Of a stretch of 64,000 nucleotides of DNA, positions 18,799-29,424 are shown one piece after another; within the stretch, counting starts at the first letter, position 1, and every line of letters begins with the position of its first letter. The notes under the pieces are model-generated. The model saw only the letters and a list, made by a program, of their open reading frames with translations. It ran no database searches and was not told where the DNA came from. A program made the position numbers and the translations under genes. Location: assembly GCA_949948835.1 (NCBI GenBank), contig CATLHF010000001.1, positions 1,069 through 65,068 on the forward strand. The letters are read 5' to 3'. The DNA comes from an uncultured Clostridia bacterium. GTDB lineage: Bacteria > Bacillota > Clostridia > TANB77 > CAG-508.

Positions 18799-20132
18799 TG
18801 TTCTATTTCTCCTTTGTCATTTCTTATGGCAAAATTGCATTGTAGTAAAATTATTACAATATAAATACTAACTGCTGGTGAAACAAAAACATGTCCTGCA
18901 AGTAAAGCTACTACCGCAATCATAACAATTGAATAGACTGGTTCAATTCCTAACACTCTCTTATTGATGATAGAATAACGCATAAAAACAATTGCAAATA
19001 TTAAGATTGGAAGAGCAAAAAGAATGGTTCCTATTATGCCATTGCAAAATAAAATATCATAATAATCCATTTCAGTTAATTTTAATTCCTGTATTTTACC
19101 GTTTTCATTTTCTACAAAACCAATTCCAAATAATTTGTGGGAAATGTCACCAGAATAAAATTTTTCTTTATTCGCCTTTAAAAAATCATTTCTTCCACTT
19201 ACTGATGCTGTTTTAAGTTCTTCAAAATTTTTAAACTCTGTTAATTTTGACGGTTCTTGTTTCTTTCCGAATTGGAAATCCTGTTTTGTAATAGGAAATA
19301 CATCTCCATATATTTTAGCTAAGTTTTCTCCAACTGGAGTTATTCCTGTTAGTAAATAAACTACAATTAAAAATCCAAAAAGGATTCCTGCCTTTTTATA
19401 TAAGTGTTTCATCTTTTTTGTTTTTCCTTTAACAATACAAACAAACATGACAGTTAATATTAGTATAATCAATCCGAAATATGGCACTTTTGTTCCTAGT
19501 TGTAGTACCGCATAAACAAATAACAATGCATAAATTCCTTTTATCCATGTTAATTTTTCCTTTACTAAGTCTACTACTAAAAATGGAGATAGTAAACACA
19601 AAATGGCTCCTATTTCATTGGCAGAATAAAACAATCCTACTGTTCCTGCTTTATCTCCTGCTTTATAAGTAAGAAATGCAATACCACAAATATTAGCAAT
19701 AAAAATAGTTAAAACATATAGCATCAACGTTGTTGCTAATATTTTTCGATCGATATTGATTTTATACTCTTTAAAAATTGGAATAAGTGCTACCAGTATA
19801 ATTGGCAAATAAAAGTTTTTTATAAGACCTTTTACTTGAACGAACATCAAATTAATTCCATTTTCCATATAAGCATTTACTAGAAAAACTAACATGTAAA
19901 TGCATAAGAATCCATAATATATACACATACCCATTGTGTATTTTTTATCTGCTTTTATAAGTCCTAATATCACTAGAAATATCATAAAGATTGTTCGGAT
20001 CACAATCCCAAATGTAATAGTAGCATTTGCATACTGAATACTTAATCCAGTAATAATATCAATGATTGGTTGTAATAGAATAAATAATATAATAATATTT
20101 GGTACCGTTAATTTCTCTTTTAATTTTTCCAT
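18795..20132 (-). CDS. O-antigen ligase / Wzy-like polymerase family membrane protein
   Basis: About 445 aa with more than 10 TM segments and one large loop. Start moved to MEKLKEK (GAGAGG RBS). It overlaps the upstream GT2 gene by 13 nt and the downstream GT4 gene by 4 nt. Confidence 0.65.
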   Translation of the reverse strand: MEKLKEKLTVPNIIILFILLQPIIDIITGLSIQYANATITFGIVIRTIFMIFLVILGLIKADKKYTMGMCIYYGFLCIYMLVFLVNAYMENGINLMFVQVKGLIKNFYLPIILVALIPIFKEYKINIDRKILATTLMLYVLTIFIANICGIAFLTYKAGDKAGTVGLFYSANEIGAILCLLSPFLVVDLVKEKLTWIKGIYALLFVYAVLQLGTKVPYFGLIILILTVMFVCIVKGKTKKMKHLYKKAGILFGFLIVVYLLTGITPVGENLAKIYGDVFPITKQDFQFGKKQEPSKLTEFKNFEELKTASVSGRNDFLKANKEKFYSGDISHKLFGIGFVENENGKIQELKLTEMDYYDILFCNGIIGTILFALPILIFAIVFMRYSIINKRVLGIEPVYSIVMIAVVALLAGHVFVSPAVSIYIVIILLQCNFAIRNDKGEIEQ

Positions 20133-21112
20133 GTTTTTCCTCTCTTTATACAATTCTTTAGTTTTTGAAATAGTACAATAAGCCATAATTGGTTTGTATA
20201 AAAAATTCTACAATTTAGCTTAAAAACATTATCTTCATTTTTATAATATGGATTATTTTTCCAATCTGGATATTGTTCTTTCATAATTTGAACAATTTTA
20301 TAAACTTCTTTTCTTCCTTCTTTATATTCCAAAAATCTTCCTGTTCCTGCATATAGTAAGTGTTTAATATAAATAAATTCTAATTCTTCTTTATACTGTT
20401 CTAATGTTCCAGATTCTTTAAATCCTTTCATTAGTGTTTCAAGTACAAGATAAATAGACAATAACTTATCATTAAAAATATCTTGTCTCATAGTAGAACC
20501 TTGTCTTATGTAATACTCGTAATATGGCTCTTCTAAGTATGCTATTTTATTGGCATATACACCAAGTAGCGGAATCATAGCGATATCTTCATATATTCCT
20601 GTTTCTAAAAAGTAAAGCTTATTTGATTTTAACAATTTTGTCTGTATTAATTTGTTACAAGGTCCAGCTACAGAAACAATATAATCTTTTTTTAAATCTT
20701 GTGTTTTCCTAGGAATTGCTTTTTTTAATACTTTTTTCTTTTCTGTTATTTCATAATAGTCACAAATAATAACTTCTGCTTGCTTTTTATTGGCCATATC
20801 ATACATTTCTTCTAACATAGTAGGAGCAATTTTATCATCTGCATCTACAAAGGTAATAAATTCTCCTGTTGCTAAATCAATTCCTATGTTTCTTGCTTTT
20901 CCTTGCCCTTCATTTTTCTTTGTTACTAATTTGATAATTTGAGGGTATTTTTCTACATATGTTTCTATGATACTTTTTGTTTTATCAGTCGAACCATCAT
21001 TAATTACAATCATTTCAAGTTCTGTTAGGGTTTGTTCTAAAATACTATCTAAACAAGTTTTTATATATTTTTCTACATTATATGCTGGTATAACAACACT
21101 TACCTTTACCAT
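20120..21112 (-). CDS. Family 2 glycosyltransferase
   Basis: VSVVIPAYNVEKY, VINDGSTDKT, VDADD. Start set at MVKV, which follows GGGAGA. Confidence 0.8.
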   Translation of the reverse strand: MVKVSVVIPAYNVEKYIKTCLDSILEQTLTELEMIVINDGSTDKTKSIIETYVEKYPQIIKLVTKKNEGQGKARNIGIDLATGEFITFVDADDKIAPTMLEEMYDMANKKQAEVIICDYYEITEKKKVLKKAIPRKTQDLKKDYIVSVAGPCNKLIQTKLLKSNKLYFLETGIYEDIAMIPLLGVYANKIAYLEEPYYEYYIRQGSTMRQDIFNDKLLSIYLVLETLMKGFKESGTLEQYKEELEFIYIKHLLYAGTGRFLEYKEGRKEVYKIVQIMKEQYPDWKNNPYYKNEDNVFKLNCRIFYTNQLWLIVLFQKLKNCIKRGKTWKN

Positions 21113-21127
21113 ATCTTCTCCCATTCT

Positions 21128-22078
21128 TTACTTTATTAATTTCAAATACCAATTGATATTAATGGATAATATTACTATTTTAAATACTTGTCTTATTCCT
21201 TTTATTTTTATATTTCGAATCATTTTTCTCTCATGAATCTGTTTTATGTATTGGTTTCTATCTTCTTTTTTAATAGATTTTAGTTTTAAAAAAATCGCAT
21301 TGGTATAATACATTTTTACATTTTCTTGTGTCTTTTGATTTATATTAAACTTATTGATAAATTCTAGCATATTATCATAATGTATTAAAGAATCCTCAAA
21401 TCTTTTTTTCGTTTTTTGGTAATCATTATTTCTTGTAATACTATTATTGGTTTGAACATAATAATATCCATAAATATCAGTAGATACAATAGATTTTGCC
21501 ATTAATAACACAAGTGGAATTAGTCCAAAATCTTCATGGTATGTTCCTGTTTTAAAGAAAAGTTTATTTGTAATAAACAATTCTTTTTTAAATACATATA
21601 CACATGGAGAGTCAATTAGTTTGTCCAAAAATGCAAGTTGATTAAATGCCTCTTGTCCATCTAAAGCCTCAAAACATGGTCCATCTATTTTATCAATTAT
21701 TTCATTCTGACTATTAACACAAGTCAACTTAAATTTAACAATATCAATATCTTGTTCTAAATAAGGTTGGATATTGGAAATTAGTGTTTTATCAATATAA
21801 TCATCGGAATCTACAAACATAATATATTTTCCTTTGGCATGTGTAATTCCAAAATTACGAGTTGCAGCAATTCCCTCGTTGTCTTTCTCATAATAAGAAA
21901 TATTCTCCTTATATTTACCAAGATATTCCTTTATTGCTTCTTTTGTTCCATCTGTAGAACCATCATTTACAATTACAATTTCTAGGTTTTCATCTAATTG
22001 TTCTGTGATAGAATCAATTGCTCTTTTTATCGTTTTTTCTCTGTTATATACGGGAATAATTATACTTAATCTTGTCAT
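21128..22078 (-). CDS. Family 2 glycosyltransferase
   Basis: LSIIIPVYNREK, VNDGSTDGT, VDSDDY. Confidence 0.8.
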   Translation of the reverse strand: MTRLSIIIPVYNREKTIKRAIDSITEQLDENLEIVIVNDGSTDGTKEAIKEYLGKYKENISYYEKDNEGIAATRNFGITHAKGKYIMFVDSDDYIDKTLISNIQPYLEQDIDIVKFKLTCVNSQNEIIDKIDGPCFEALDGQEAFNQLAFLDKLIDSPCVYVFKKELFITNKLFFKTGTYHEDFGLIPLVLLMAKSIVSTDIYGYYYVQTNNSITRNNDYQKTKKRFEDSLIHYDNMLEFINKFNINQKTQENVKMYYTNAIFLKLKSIKKEDRNQYIKQIHERKMIRNIKIKGIRQVFKIVILSININWYLKLIK

Positions 22079-22102
22079 CTTGTTCCTTTCTTTGACTATT
22101 AT

Positions 22103-23188
22103 TTATTCATTTATCATATCTTCTATTTTTTCTATTATTGTTTCATTATAAACTTTAGCATTAAATTTTTCTTTTATTTCATATCCATGTTCTATAAAAT
22201 CCTTCATGGCATTATATATATCATCTATTTCTTTTGAAACGACTTTTCCAAATTTACCTTCTACATCTTCTTTTGCATCTGATACATTTGTTGTAATAAT
22301 TGGTTTTCCTAAAACAAATGCTTCTTGAAATACAACTGGATATCCTTCATAATCAGAAGTTAGTAAGATAGAGTCTGCCATCTTAAAATAAGGATATGGA
22401 TTTTTCTGTATTCCATATAGTTTAATATAATTTTGCAATTTTTTCTCTTGTATCATTTTTGTATACAAGTCACTATCTTTTCCACCACCAACAAACCATA
22501 TTTGAAACAAAATCCCATCATTCTTTAACTTCTCAGCGGCTAATATAGCCCTTGTTAGTCTTTTTTCTACTTCATCATGTCTTCCAACAGTTAAAAAGGT
22601 ATAACTATTTTCTTTTTTTAATTCGATATCTTTATTCGCTAACATTTCTATTTTATGATAGTTAATAATATTTCCAATACAAATCAGTTTTTCTTCTAGT
22701 TCTGGATATATCTTATCAAACGATTGATAAGATGCTTTTGAAACAAAAACAATACGTTTAAAATTTTCACATTTTACACTATCAAAAAAGTTTCTCATTT
22801 TAGGAATATCTTTACGATAAACTTGCATATAGTCTGAATGCACCCATAAAGCATTATTAGTAGAGGCTGTTCTTGCTGTATATGATGCCATTTGTGAATA
22901 AGTAGCATAGGCTGCCGCAAAATCAAATTTGTTTTTATATATTAACGCAAATTGAATCCTTTTTGCCAAATTTAGTATTTTTCTAACAAAAACAATTTTA
23001 CATTCACAAGGTTTATATTCTATTACATGTATTCTACTATCTAATTCTTTTAAGAAAATTCCTTGTTTCTTTTCTAAAACTAAAGTAATATCATAATCAC
23101 GTTCTATTAAGGTATTTAGTAATGTAAGAAGTGAAGTTTCAATTCCACCAACGTTCATATCATATGCTGAAAATAGCAGTTTTTTCAT
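22103..23188 (-). CDS. GT-B fold glycosyltransferase (GT4/GT1-like)
   Basis: 361 aa. C-terminal TSDYEGYPVVFQEAFVLGKPIITT motif. Confidence 0.75.
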   Translation of the reverse strand: MKKLLFSAYDMNVGGIETSLLTLLNTLIERDYDITLVLEKKQGIFLKELDSRIHVIEYKPCECKIVFVRKILNLAKRIQFALIYKNKFDFAAAYATYSQMASYTARTASTNNALWVHSDYMQVYRKDIPKMRNFFDSVKCENFKRIVFVSKASYQSFDKIYPELEEKLICIGNIINYHKIEMLANKDIELKKENSYTFLTVGRHDEVEKRLTRAILAAEKLKNDGILFQIWFVGGGKDSDLYTKMIQEKKLQNYIKLYGIQKNPYPYFKMADSILLTSDYEGYPVVFQEAFVLGKPIITTNVSDAKEDVEGKFGKVVSKEIDDIYNAMKDFIEHGYEIKEKFNAKVYNETIIEKIEDMINE

Positions 23189-23250
23189 ATTCTTCTCTCC
23201 CAGTCTAAATTTCGTTACACATTATATCACACTTTATTTTCAAGAGCAAA

Positions 23251-23277
23251 TAAAAAAGAGATGTTATTTCATCTCTT
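23251..23277 (-). terminator. Terminator after rpmE
   Basis: aagagatg / catctctt hairpin with a T-run on the - strand. Confidence 0.6.
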
Positions 23278-23285
23278 ACAAAATC

Positions 23286-23486
23286 TTATTCAATTCCATA
23301 TTTTTTCTTAAATTTATCTGCTCTACCACCAGTTGTATTTAATTTTAAATTACCTGTCCAAAATGGATGACATTTTGAGCAAACATCTACTTTTATATCT
23401 TTTTTTGTTGATTTTGTTGTAAACACATTACCACATGCACATGTGATTGTTGTTTCTGTAAATTCTGGATGTAATCCTTCTTTCAT
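23286..23486 (-). CDS. rpmE: 50S ribosomal protein L31 (Zn-ribbon type)
   Basis: MKEGLHPEF...CACG...[10 protein letters not shown]. Confidence 0.9.
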   Translation of the reverse strand: MKEGLHPEFTETTITCACGNVFTTKSTKKDIKVDVCSKCHPFWTGNLKLNTTGGRADKFKKKYGIE

Positions 23487-23580
23487 CTTGTATTCACCTC
23501 TTTCTTTCTTGTAAAATAAATTTGCTAACAAATATCTTACCATATTTTAAAATTTATTTCAACCATATGTCACTATTTTT

Positions 23581-23736
23581 TTATTTTTTTTCATTATCTT
23601 GATTCATAATGTATTGTGCAGAAGTTTTTAATTCTTCCACAAATGGTATTTTTTTCACTAGTTTTGAAATAATATTAAATAAACATGCAATAATTAAAAC
23701 AAAAAATAAAATTTTTTTCCAAATCTTAGCAACCAT
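23581..23736 (-). CDS. 51-aa small membrane protein (below the ORF-track cutoff)
   Basis: Manual translation gives MVAKIWKKILFFVLIIACLFNIISKLVKKIPFVEELKTSAQYIMNQDNEKK, following a GGAGGAAAAAG RBS. Confidence 0.3.
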   Translation of the reverse strand: MVAKIWKKILFFVLIIACLFNIISKLVKKIPFVEELKTSAQYIMNQDNEKK

Positions 23737-23850
23737 TCTTTTTCCTCCGTTTTTCTAACTCTATTTATAATTATACTATATTTTTAAGTTTTGTCAATAT
23801 TATTCGTTTTATTGGTTATAATAAGAGTGTTATAATTTAGGAGGATGAAT

Positions 23851-24519
23851 ATGAAAAAGATTTTTTCTTTTATCGTTATATTGATTTTATTTATTTTAAT
23901 ACTTACAGGATGTTCTAATAACAAAGAAAACAACAATGAGGATTCTGGTAATACCGCTAATGCCGAAAGGACTAGTACAAATATATCTGTAGAAAATAAT
24001 ACACAAAATAATACTGTTACAAATGAAATTCGTGTTGGTGCTTTTGAAAATAAAGAGACATCCGAAGAAGAACTTGCTTCTTTTTCTACAAAACTTGGAG
24101 GAAAAAATACCCCAAGAAGTAGAAACATTGCTCTTACCTCTTCTATCTTAAATGAAACTGTTGTAAAGCCAGGGGAAACATTTTCTTTTTGTAACACAAT
24201 AGGAAAACCAACTGCTGATAGAGGTTATGAAGAAGCAGATTCTTTCGATGCAGATGGTAATACTATTAAAACATATGGTGGTGGAAACTGCCAAGTAAGC
24301 AGTACCCTTTATAATGTTGTACTACAAATTCCAGACTTAAAAGTTACCGAAAGACATCCTCATATAAAACCTGTTCACTATGTTGCAAAAGACAAAGATG
24401 CAACTGTTGCCTATGGTAGTGTCGATTTTAAATTTAAAAACAATACTGGAAATGATATTAAAATTTATGCTAATTCCGATTTAAAAAGTGTTAATGTAAG
24501 AATTGTTAAAATATATTAA
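23851..24519 (+). CDS. VanW-family lipoprotein
   Basis: Lipobox ILTGCS and the VanW core GGGNCQVSSTLYN. Start set at the second ATG because the first abuts the RBS. Confidence 0.75.
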   Translation: MKKIFSFIVILILFILILTGCSNNKENNNEDSGNTANAERTSTNISVENNTQNNTVTNEIRVGAFENKETSEEELASFSTKLGGKNTPRSRNIALTSSILNETVVKPGETFSFCNTIGKPTADRGYEEADSFDADGNTIKTYGGGNCQVSSTLYNVVLQIPDLKVTERHPHIKPVHYVAKDKDATVAYGSVDFKFKNNTGNDIKIYANSDLKSVNVRIVKIY

Positions 24520-24550
24520 AACGGACAGGTTTTCTGTCCGTTTCTTTTAT
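24518..24550. terminator. Bidirectional terminator between the VanW gene and greA
   Basis: acggacag gtttt ctgtccgt, flanked by A- and T-runs. Confidence 0.75.
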
Positions 24551-25023
24551 TTTTTTATTGATAGAATTTTATATTTTACAATACCTGCTGGTACTTTTAC
24601 TTCGATTTCTTCTCCTTTTTTTGCTCCAAGTAAAGCTGCACCAATTGGAGATTCATTTGAAATTTTATTTTGTGATAAGTCTACTTCTGTAGAACCAACA
24701 ATCGTATATTCTTCTTCCTCATCAAATTCTATGTCTTTTACTTTTACTGTATTTCCAACTTGTACGGTTTTTGTATCAATTTCAGATTCATCAATAATTT
24801 TTGCATATCTTAGTTTTGTTTCTAAGTTTGCAATTTTAATTTCGTTTTCTGCTTGTGCATTTTTTGCTTCATCATATTCTGAGTTTTCAGATAAGTCACC
24901 AAACCCTAATGCCACTTTAATACGTTCTGCAATTTCTGCTCTTTTTTCTGTTCTTAAATATTCTACTTCTTTTTCTAATTTATCATATCCCTCTTGAGTT
25001 AATAATACTTCCTTTTCTTCCAT
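24547..25023 (-). CDS. greA: Transcription elongation factor GreA
   Basis: [47 protein letters not shown]. Confidence 0.9.
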   Translation of the reverse strand: MEEKEVLLTQEGYDKLEKEVEYLRTEKRAEIAERIKVALGFGDLSENSEYDEAKNAQAENEIKIANLETKLRYAKIIDESEIDTKTVQVGNTVKVKDIEFDEEEEYTIVGSTEVDLSQNKISNESPIGAALLGAKKGEEIEVKVPAGIVKYKILSIKK

Positions 25024-25104
25024 AATAAATAGTCTCCTCTCTAACCAGAAACAAAGTCGTTTCTTTTCACATTGTCTCTATCTTAAGATAATTAACTTGT
25101 TTTG

Positions 25105-25932
25105 TCAAGTATTTTTTGTTAATTTATTAGAAGTCCTTATATATTCTTCTCTATGAATGATTCCTTTTTTTCCGATTAAATTAACAATTCTAACCTTTTC
25201 TTCTTCTATCATATTTCGAATTTGTTCATATGTTTTTCCCATCATTCTTCCCTCATATACTTTTTTACTTTCAAATACTTTATCCACCACTTGGCTAATT
25301 TCCTGTTTTATTTCATAATCGTGTATATGAATTCCACAAAATGCTTTTGCATAAATCGATGTTTTCATATTAATATCAATAACAATCGCATTAGGATTAA
25401 TTGTAAATTCATTCAATTGTTCTTCTGCATAATCAAAATTGATGATTATTCTTGATTTTGACAAGCTTTTTCTTTTGTTGTTTGTAATTTGACAATAGAT
25501 TCCAAAATCATCTTCTAGCTTGTTTTCTAATTTCTTAAATTGTCCTATCTTTGTTGTTACAATCTGTATTCGTTTTATTTGTTTTGCAAGTTCTACTACT
25601 AGTTTTGTTAGTTCTGTGGTTTGATTTTGAATTAGTAAGGTGATTTCTTGCTTTTCTTTTTCTTCTTTTGTCATCTTACAAATATAATCGATCATTTCTG
25701 GAATCAAATAGTTAGATAAACTACCACCTTCCAATAAATTTAAATTCAATCGCCAAATTACCTTTTTGCATTCTTCTATGCCTTCTAAATAATTTGATAA
25801 AACAATTGGTAAATTTATTTTTGCTAAAATTTTCTTTAAGAAAAACAACTTTACTGAACAAAAACATTCTAAATTATAGTATGGCAATACACAAACACCA
25901 TTTTCATGCACTGTCATAATACAAAAGAGCAT
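25105..25932 (-). CDS. Hypothetical protein
   Basis: 275-aa ORF with a GGAGG RBS. No family recognised. Confidence 0.55.
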   Translation of the reverse strand: MLFCIMTVHENGVCVLPYYNLECFCSVKLFFLKKILAKINLPIVLSNYLEGIEECKKVIWRLNLNLLEGGSLSNYLIPEMIDYICKMTKEEKEKQEITLLIQNQTTELTKLVVELAKQIKRIQIVTTKIGQFKKLENKLEDDFGIYCQITNNKRKSLSKSRIIINFDYAEEQLNEFTINPNAIVIDINMKTSIYAKAFCGIHIHDYEIKQEISQVVDKVFESKKVYEGRMMGKTYEQIRNMIEEEKVRIVNLIGKKGIIHREEYIRTSNKLTKNT

Positions 25933-26122
25933 TTTTAACCTCCATAATACCTTCTTTAAAAAAACTGGCAGTTTCGAATTTCTTTTAAATAGTTCATCGA
26001 TACTTGTTAACTCTTTTAAATAAATAACTTGAATTTTCCTTCACCTCTTAAAACAATTTGTCCTTTTATTATATTAGTAGATGTCAATTTTATGACAAAA
26101 AAGAAAGTATTAAAACTTTCTT

Positions 26123-27013
26123 TTATTGATAATATTCTATTTTGTCAATCCAATCTTCCAATAATTCATTTAAAATTGGTTTATTCTCTACTGCTCTTGC
26201 AAATTGTACCTTTGGTTTTGCTCTTCCGTGATAATCACTACCACCAGACATATATAATTTATGATTTTTACAAAAATTAATTAAATCCTCACTTTGTTTT
26301 TTTGTAAAATTAGAATGGCAACATTCAAGTCCGTCTAAGTTAATTTCTTTTACTATTTTTTGAATTGTTTTTTGATGATTTTCTAATGGATATTCATATA
26401 AATGAGCCAAAAATGCGAATCCCTTTGCCTTATGAATATCTTCTATTACTTCTTGCATTTTTGGATAATCTTTTGTTTCATCAATATAAAAAATAGAATT
26501 TGGATTAGTTTGTGCTTCTCGGTAAAATGGCATTTTCATATTAATTCCATTCTTGTTTAAAATTTCTACATTTCTTTCATCTTTCCAAAGTTCCCTTTCA
26601 AAAGTAGCAGCTGCGAATTCTAGTTTTTCCATTGAAATTTGTAAATTATTGTCAAAAAGCAGTCCAATTTGATTGCCTTTCTTCTTAAGAAAATCCAAAT
26701 AATTTGATTGTACTTCGTAAAGTTTTTGTTTGGTTGTAATATGATTTGATTTTTTCATCTTCTTACGCTCGAACCCATATGCTAATATTTCCATTGGCAT
26801 ATGATTATAAACACATTTCAGTTCTATCCCAACAATTAGCTTTCCTTTATAATAGTCATCTATACAAATAGCATCTAATTCATCATATGCACTTATTTGA
26901 TTATGGTCTGTTATTGAAATTATACTTAATTTTTCCTGTTCCGCTTTTTGCAATATTTCAATCGGTGTAAAATCTCCATCTGAATGAGTTGTATGAATAT
27001 GTAAATCAATCAT
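26123..27013 (-). CDS. PHP-domain phosphoesterase
   Basis: MIDLHIHTTHSDGD N-terminal motif and a C-terminal GGSDYHG. Confidence 0.75.
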   Translation of the reverse strand: MIDLHIHTTHSDGDFTPIEILQKAEQEKLSIISITDHNQISAYDELDAICIDDYYKGKLIVGIELKCVYNHMPMEILAYGFERKKMKKSNHITTKQKLYEVQSNYLDFLKKKGNQIGLLFDNNLQISMEKLEFAAATFERELWKDERNVEILNKNGINMKMPFYREAQTNPNSIFYIDETKDYPKMQEVIEDIHKAKGFAFLAHLYEYPLENHQKTIQKIVKEINLDGLECCHSNFTKKQSEDLINFCKNHKLYMSGGSDYHGRAKPKVQFARAVENKPILNELLEDWIDKIEYYQ

Positions 27014-27028
27014 TCTTATTTCCCGCCT

Positions 27029-27697
27029 TTAAAATTCTTCTACTGATAGTTTTGCATAATAATCTGGATTAAACTCTTCGTCATATGGTATTTCATCGAA
27101 TATTTCTGGCATTTGTTCTTTAAAGTATTTTAATAATGGAATCATAATTTGGCGAATTGCTGGATGAACATGATTATTTGCTCTTAGACTAAAAATATGT
27201 TTCCATTCTCTAATATTGGCTGTCATTGTATATTCTGCTGCTGTTGAATGTGGCAACAAATTTCTACACATATCTGTAGTTGCCCCTAATTCTTTCATTT
27301 TAATATATCCATTTTCAGCTTCTTGCATTGTATTTTTCCATACTTCGTACATTGCTTTATCTTCTATATATACTGGATTCATAAAGCTAACTTCATTTCC
27401 GTATTTGTCTTTATTATAACTACAATATCTAGTAGATTCCACAGAAAAACTCGCAAATCTATGTCTTGTTAAATCTTTATAAGAACCAATATCACTATAA
27501 ATTCGAACTGTAACTTTTTCGTGTTCTAATACAGATTCATGTCCACGGCCAATACAGTTTTTTAATAAATTTTTATAACTTTCATCTGTTATTTTATCTT
27601 CTGAACGATAGCACGTTCTACATGCTCTTTCAATTCTTCTCATAACTTCTTTTCCGTCAAATTTTTCTACCATTACCCATGGTTCTACAATTCTCAT
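27029..27697 (-). CDS. thyX: FAD-dependent thymidylate synthase
   Basis: ThyX motif RHRFASFSVESTRY. Start set at MRIVEPW, which follows AGGAGG. Confidence 0.9.
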   Translation of the reverse strand: MRIVEPWVMVEKFDGKEVMRRIERACRTCYRSEDKITDESYKNLLKNCIGRGHESVLEHEKVTVRIYSDIGSYKDLTRHRFASFSVESTRYCSYNKDKYGNEVSFMNPVYIEDKAMYEVWKNTMQEAENGYIKMKELGATTDMCRNLLPHSTAAEYTMTANIREWKHIFSLRANNHVHPAIRQIMIPLLKYFKEQMPEIFDEIPYDEEFNPDYYAKLSVEEF

Positions 27698-27802
27698 AAT
27701 CGTTCCTCCTAATTTCATTTTACTTTTCTTACTATATCAAATACTACTACTTTTTTCAACAAAAAAGAAGAAATATTTTCATATTTCTTCTTTGTATTTA
27801 TT

Positions 27803-28678
27803 TTATTCTCCTCTTCCCTCAGGAAGTGCTGGCATATCTAATACAATTCTTATTTTTAATATATAACTAATCGTTCTTCCAAATTTACTATTTTTAATTC
27901 TTTGCCATAGAGATGGTTTTACTTCAAATCTTGTATCTGCAATGTAATCTGCTTGCTCTTGATTTACTTGTTGCGTTTCTTTTGCTACTGCAACATTCGC
28001 TTTTGGTTGAGCTGTAACAGCCTCTTCTACAACAGTTTCTTCACTATCTAAGTCAAGAGGTGTTGGTATTACTTTTAGAGCATCTGCAACTTCAATTCCA
28101 ATATAGCTTAATGCTTTTGAACGATCTTCTATTCTTTCCATATCTATTTCAATATGTAGGTTAGATTCTAGATTTGTAATTCTTGCTTGGATTAGTTTTA
28201 CAGCATCTTCATAATTTTGAGAAGTTTTTCCTTTTGATCTTCCAATAATTCCCAATGTATCAATAATGTCTTCACCGAATTTTTCTTCTGATGCTTTGAC
28301 AGCATTTTTCCAATCTTTTTCTTTGTTTTCTACAACTTCTAATAAATCTTTTAATTCTCCAGAAAGCATAATATTTTTTTCTCTTTGACGAATTAATTCT
28401 TCAATTTGTTTTGTATTTTCTTCAAATTGATTTGTTGCATATTCTACTAAACCATAAGCTGCTTTATATACATCTTTTGGAAAGTTTTTCTTTTTTGGAT
28501 ATTCAATTAAATAGGTTTTTATTGATTCAATTAAATCTTTAAAGTAAGAATCGTCATCTAATTGTACGATTTGTTTCTTACTGTTTGGATTAATCAATTT
28601 TTGTACCTTATCAATGTTTGATAAAATCTTTTCTTGTGTAATTACCATTCTTACGTTTACTATGCCGCTTCTTGACAT
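27803..28678 (-). CDS. Hypothetical coiled-coil-rich protein
   Basis: 291-aa ORF with a GGAGGGAGG RBS. No family recognised. Confidence 0.55.
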   Translation of the reverse strand: MSRSGIVNVRMVITQEKILSNIDKVQKLINPNSKKQIVQLDDDSYFKDLIESIKTYLIEYPKKKNFPKDVYKAAYGLVEYATNQFEENTKQIEELIRQREKNIMLSGELKDLLEVVENKEKDWKNAVKASEEKFGEDIIDTLGIIGRSKGKTSQNYEDAVKLIQARITNLESNLHIEIDMERIEDRSKALSYIGIEVADALKVIPTPLDLDSEETVVEEAVTAQPKANVAVAKETQQVNQEQADYIADTRFEVKPSLWQRIKNSKFGRTISYILKIRIVLDMPALPEGRGE

Positions 28679-28837
28679 TGTAAACCTCCCTCCTTTGTCC
28701 TACGTATCTACCACTTCACATTATACAACTTCTCTTAAAAAACTACAATAGGATTCACTAAAATTTATATTTCATTTTCGTTACAATTTTATTACAACTT
28801 TTATATAAAAGTCAACAAATTTCTACATTTTTTTCAT

Positions 28838-29408
28838 TTATTTTTTTGCTAGTCCTTTTAGTATTGAATTATCAAATTCTTTATATAATTTTGGAATATC
28901 GATTTCTTCTTTAATTTTCATCTTATATACCAAGCTAGAACAAGTTAATCCAAAAATTCCGTGAAGCAATAATTTCAGAATCGCCATCAATAATTTCCCC
29001 TTTTTGAATTCCTTCTTCTACTAACTCCTCAATTGTTTTAATATATTCAATTACTTTTTCTTTGCACATAATATTTCTTGGTTCATGTCCCCAAATTTGG
29101 CTAAGAACAATCGTCATAAAATCTTCATATTTTGCTATAATTTTAATTTGAATCAAAATAACAGCTCTTAATTTATCAATTGCATGATCTAATTTTGAGA
29201 TTTTAATATCAATACTATTTTTTAATAGTTTCATTCCTTCTTCTACTAAGAAATTAAAAATTTCTTCTTTGCTAGAAAAATGATAATACAAAGTACCTTT
29301 TGCAACCCCTACAGTTGCTGTTATTTCTTCAATACTAGTAGCATCATACCCTTTTTTAGCAAACAATTTCATAGAAGTTTCGAATATCTTCCTTTTTGTT
29401 TTATTCAT
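28838..29408 (-). pseudogene. TetR/AcrR-family regulator with one +1 frameshift
   Basis: N-terminal HTH KRKIFETSMKLFAKKGYDATSIEEITATVGVAKGTLYYHF. The frame breaks at ...EIIAS|. Skipping the sense C at 28961 continues GIFGLTCSSLVYKMKIKEEIDIPKLYKEFDNSILKGLAKK to the stop at 28838-28840. Confidence 0.75.
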
Positions 29409-29424
29409 AGCTTCACCTATTCTT

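Noticed and set aside
24503-24997. 164-aa plus-strand ORF. The same applies to 23784..24197(-), 11166..11729(+), 54829..55476(+), 60415..60996(+), 51125..51571(+) and 9342..9656(+).
   Set aside because: All are antisense to well-supported genes (greA, the VanW gene, trxA/trxB, cadA, the RND permease, recJ and the membrane protein). They have low-complexity S/F/L/I-rich translations typical of the reverse frame of AT-rich coding DNA.
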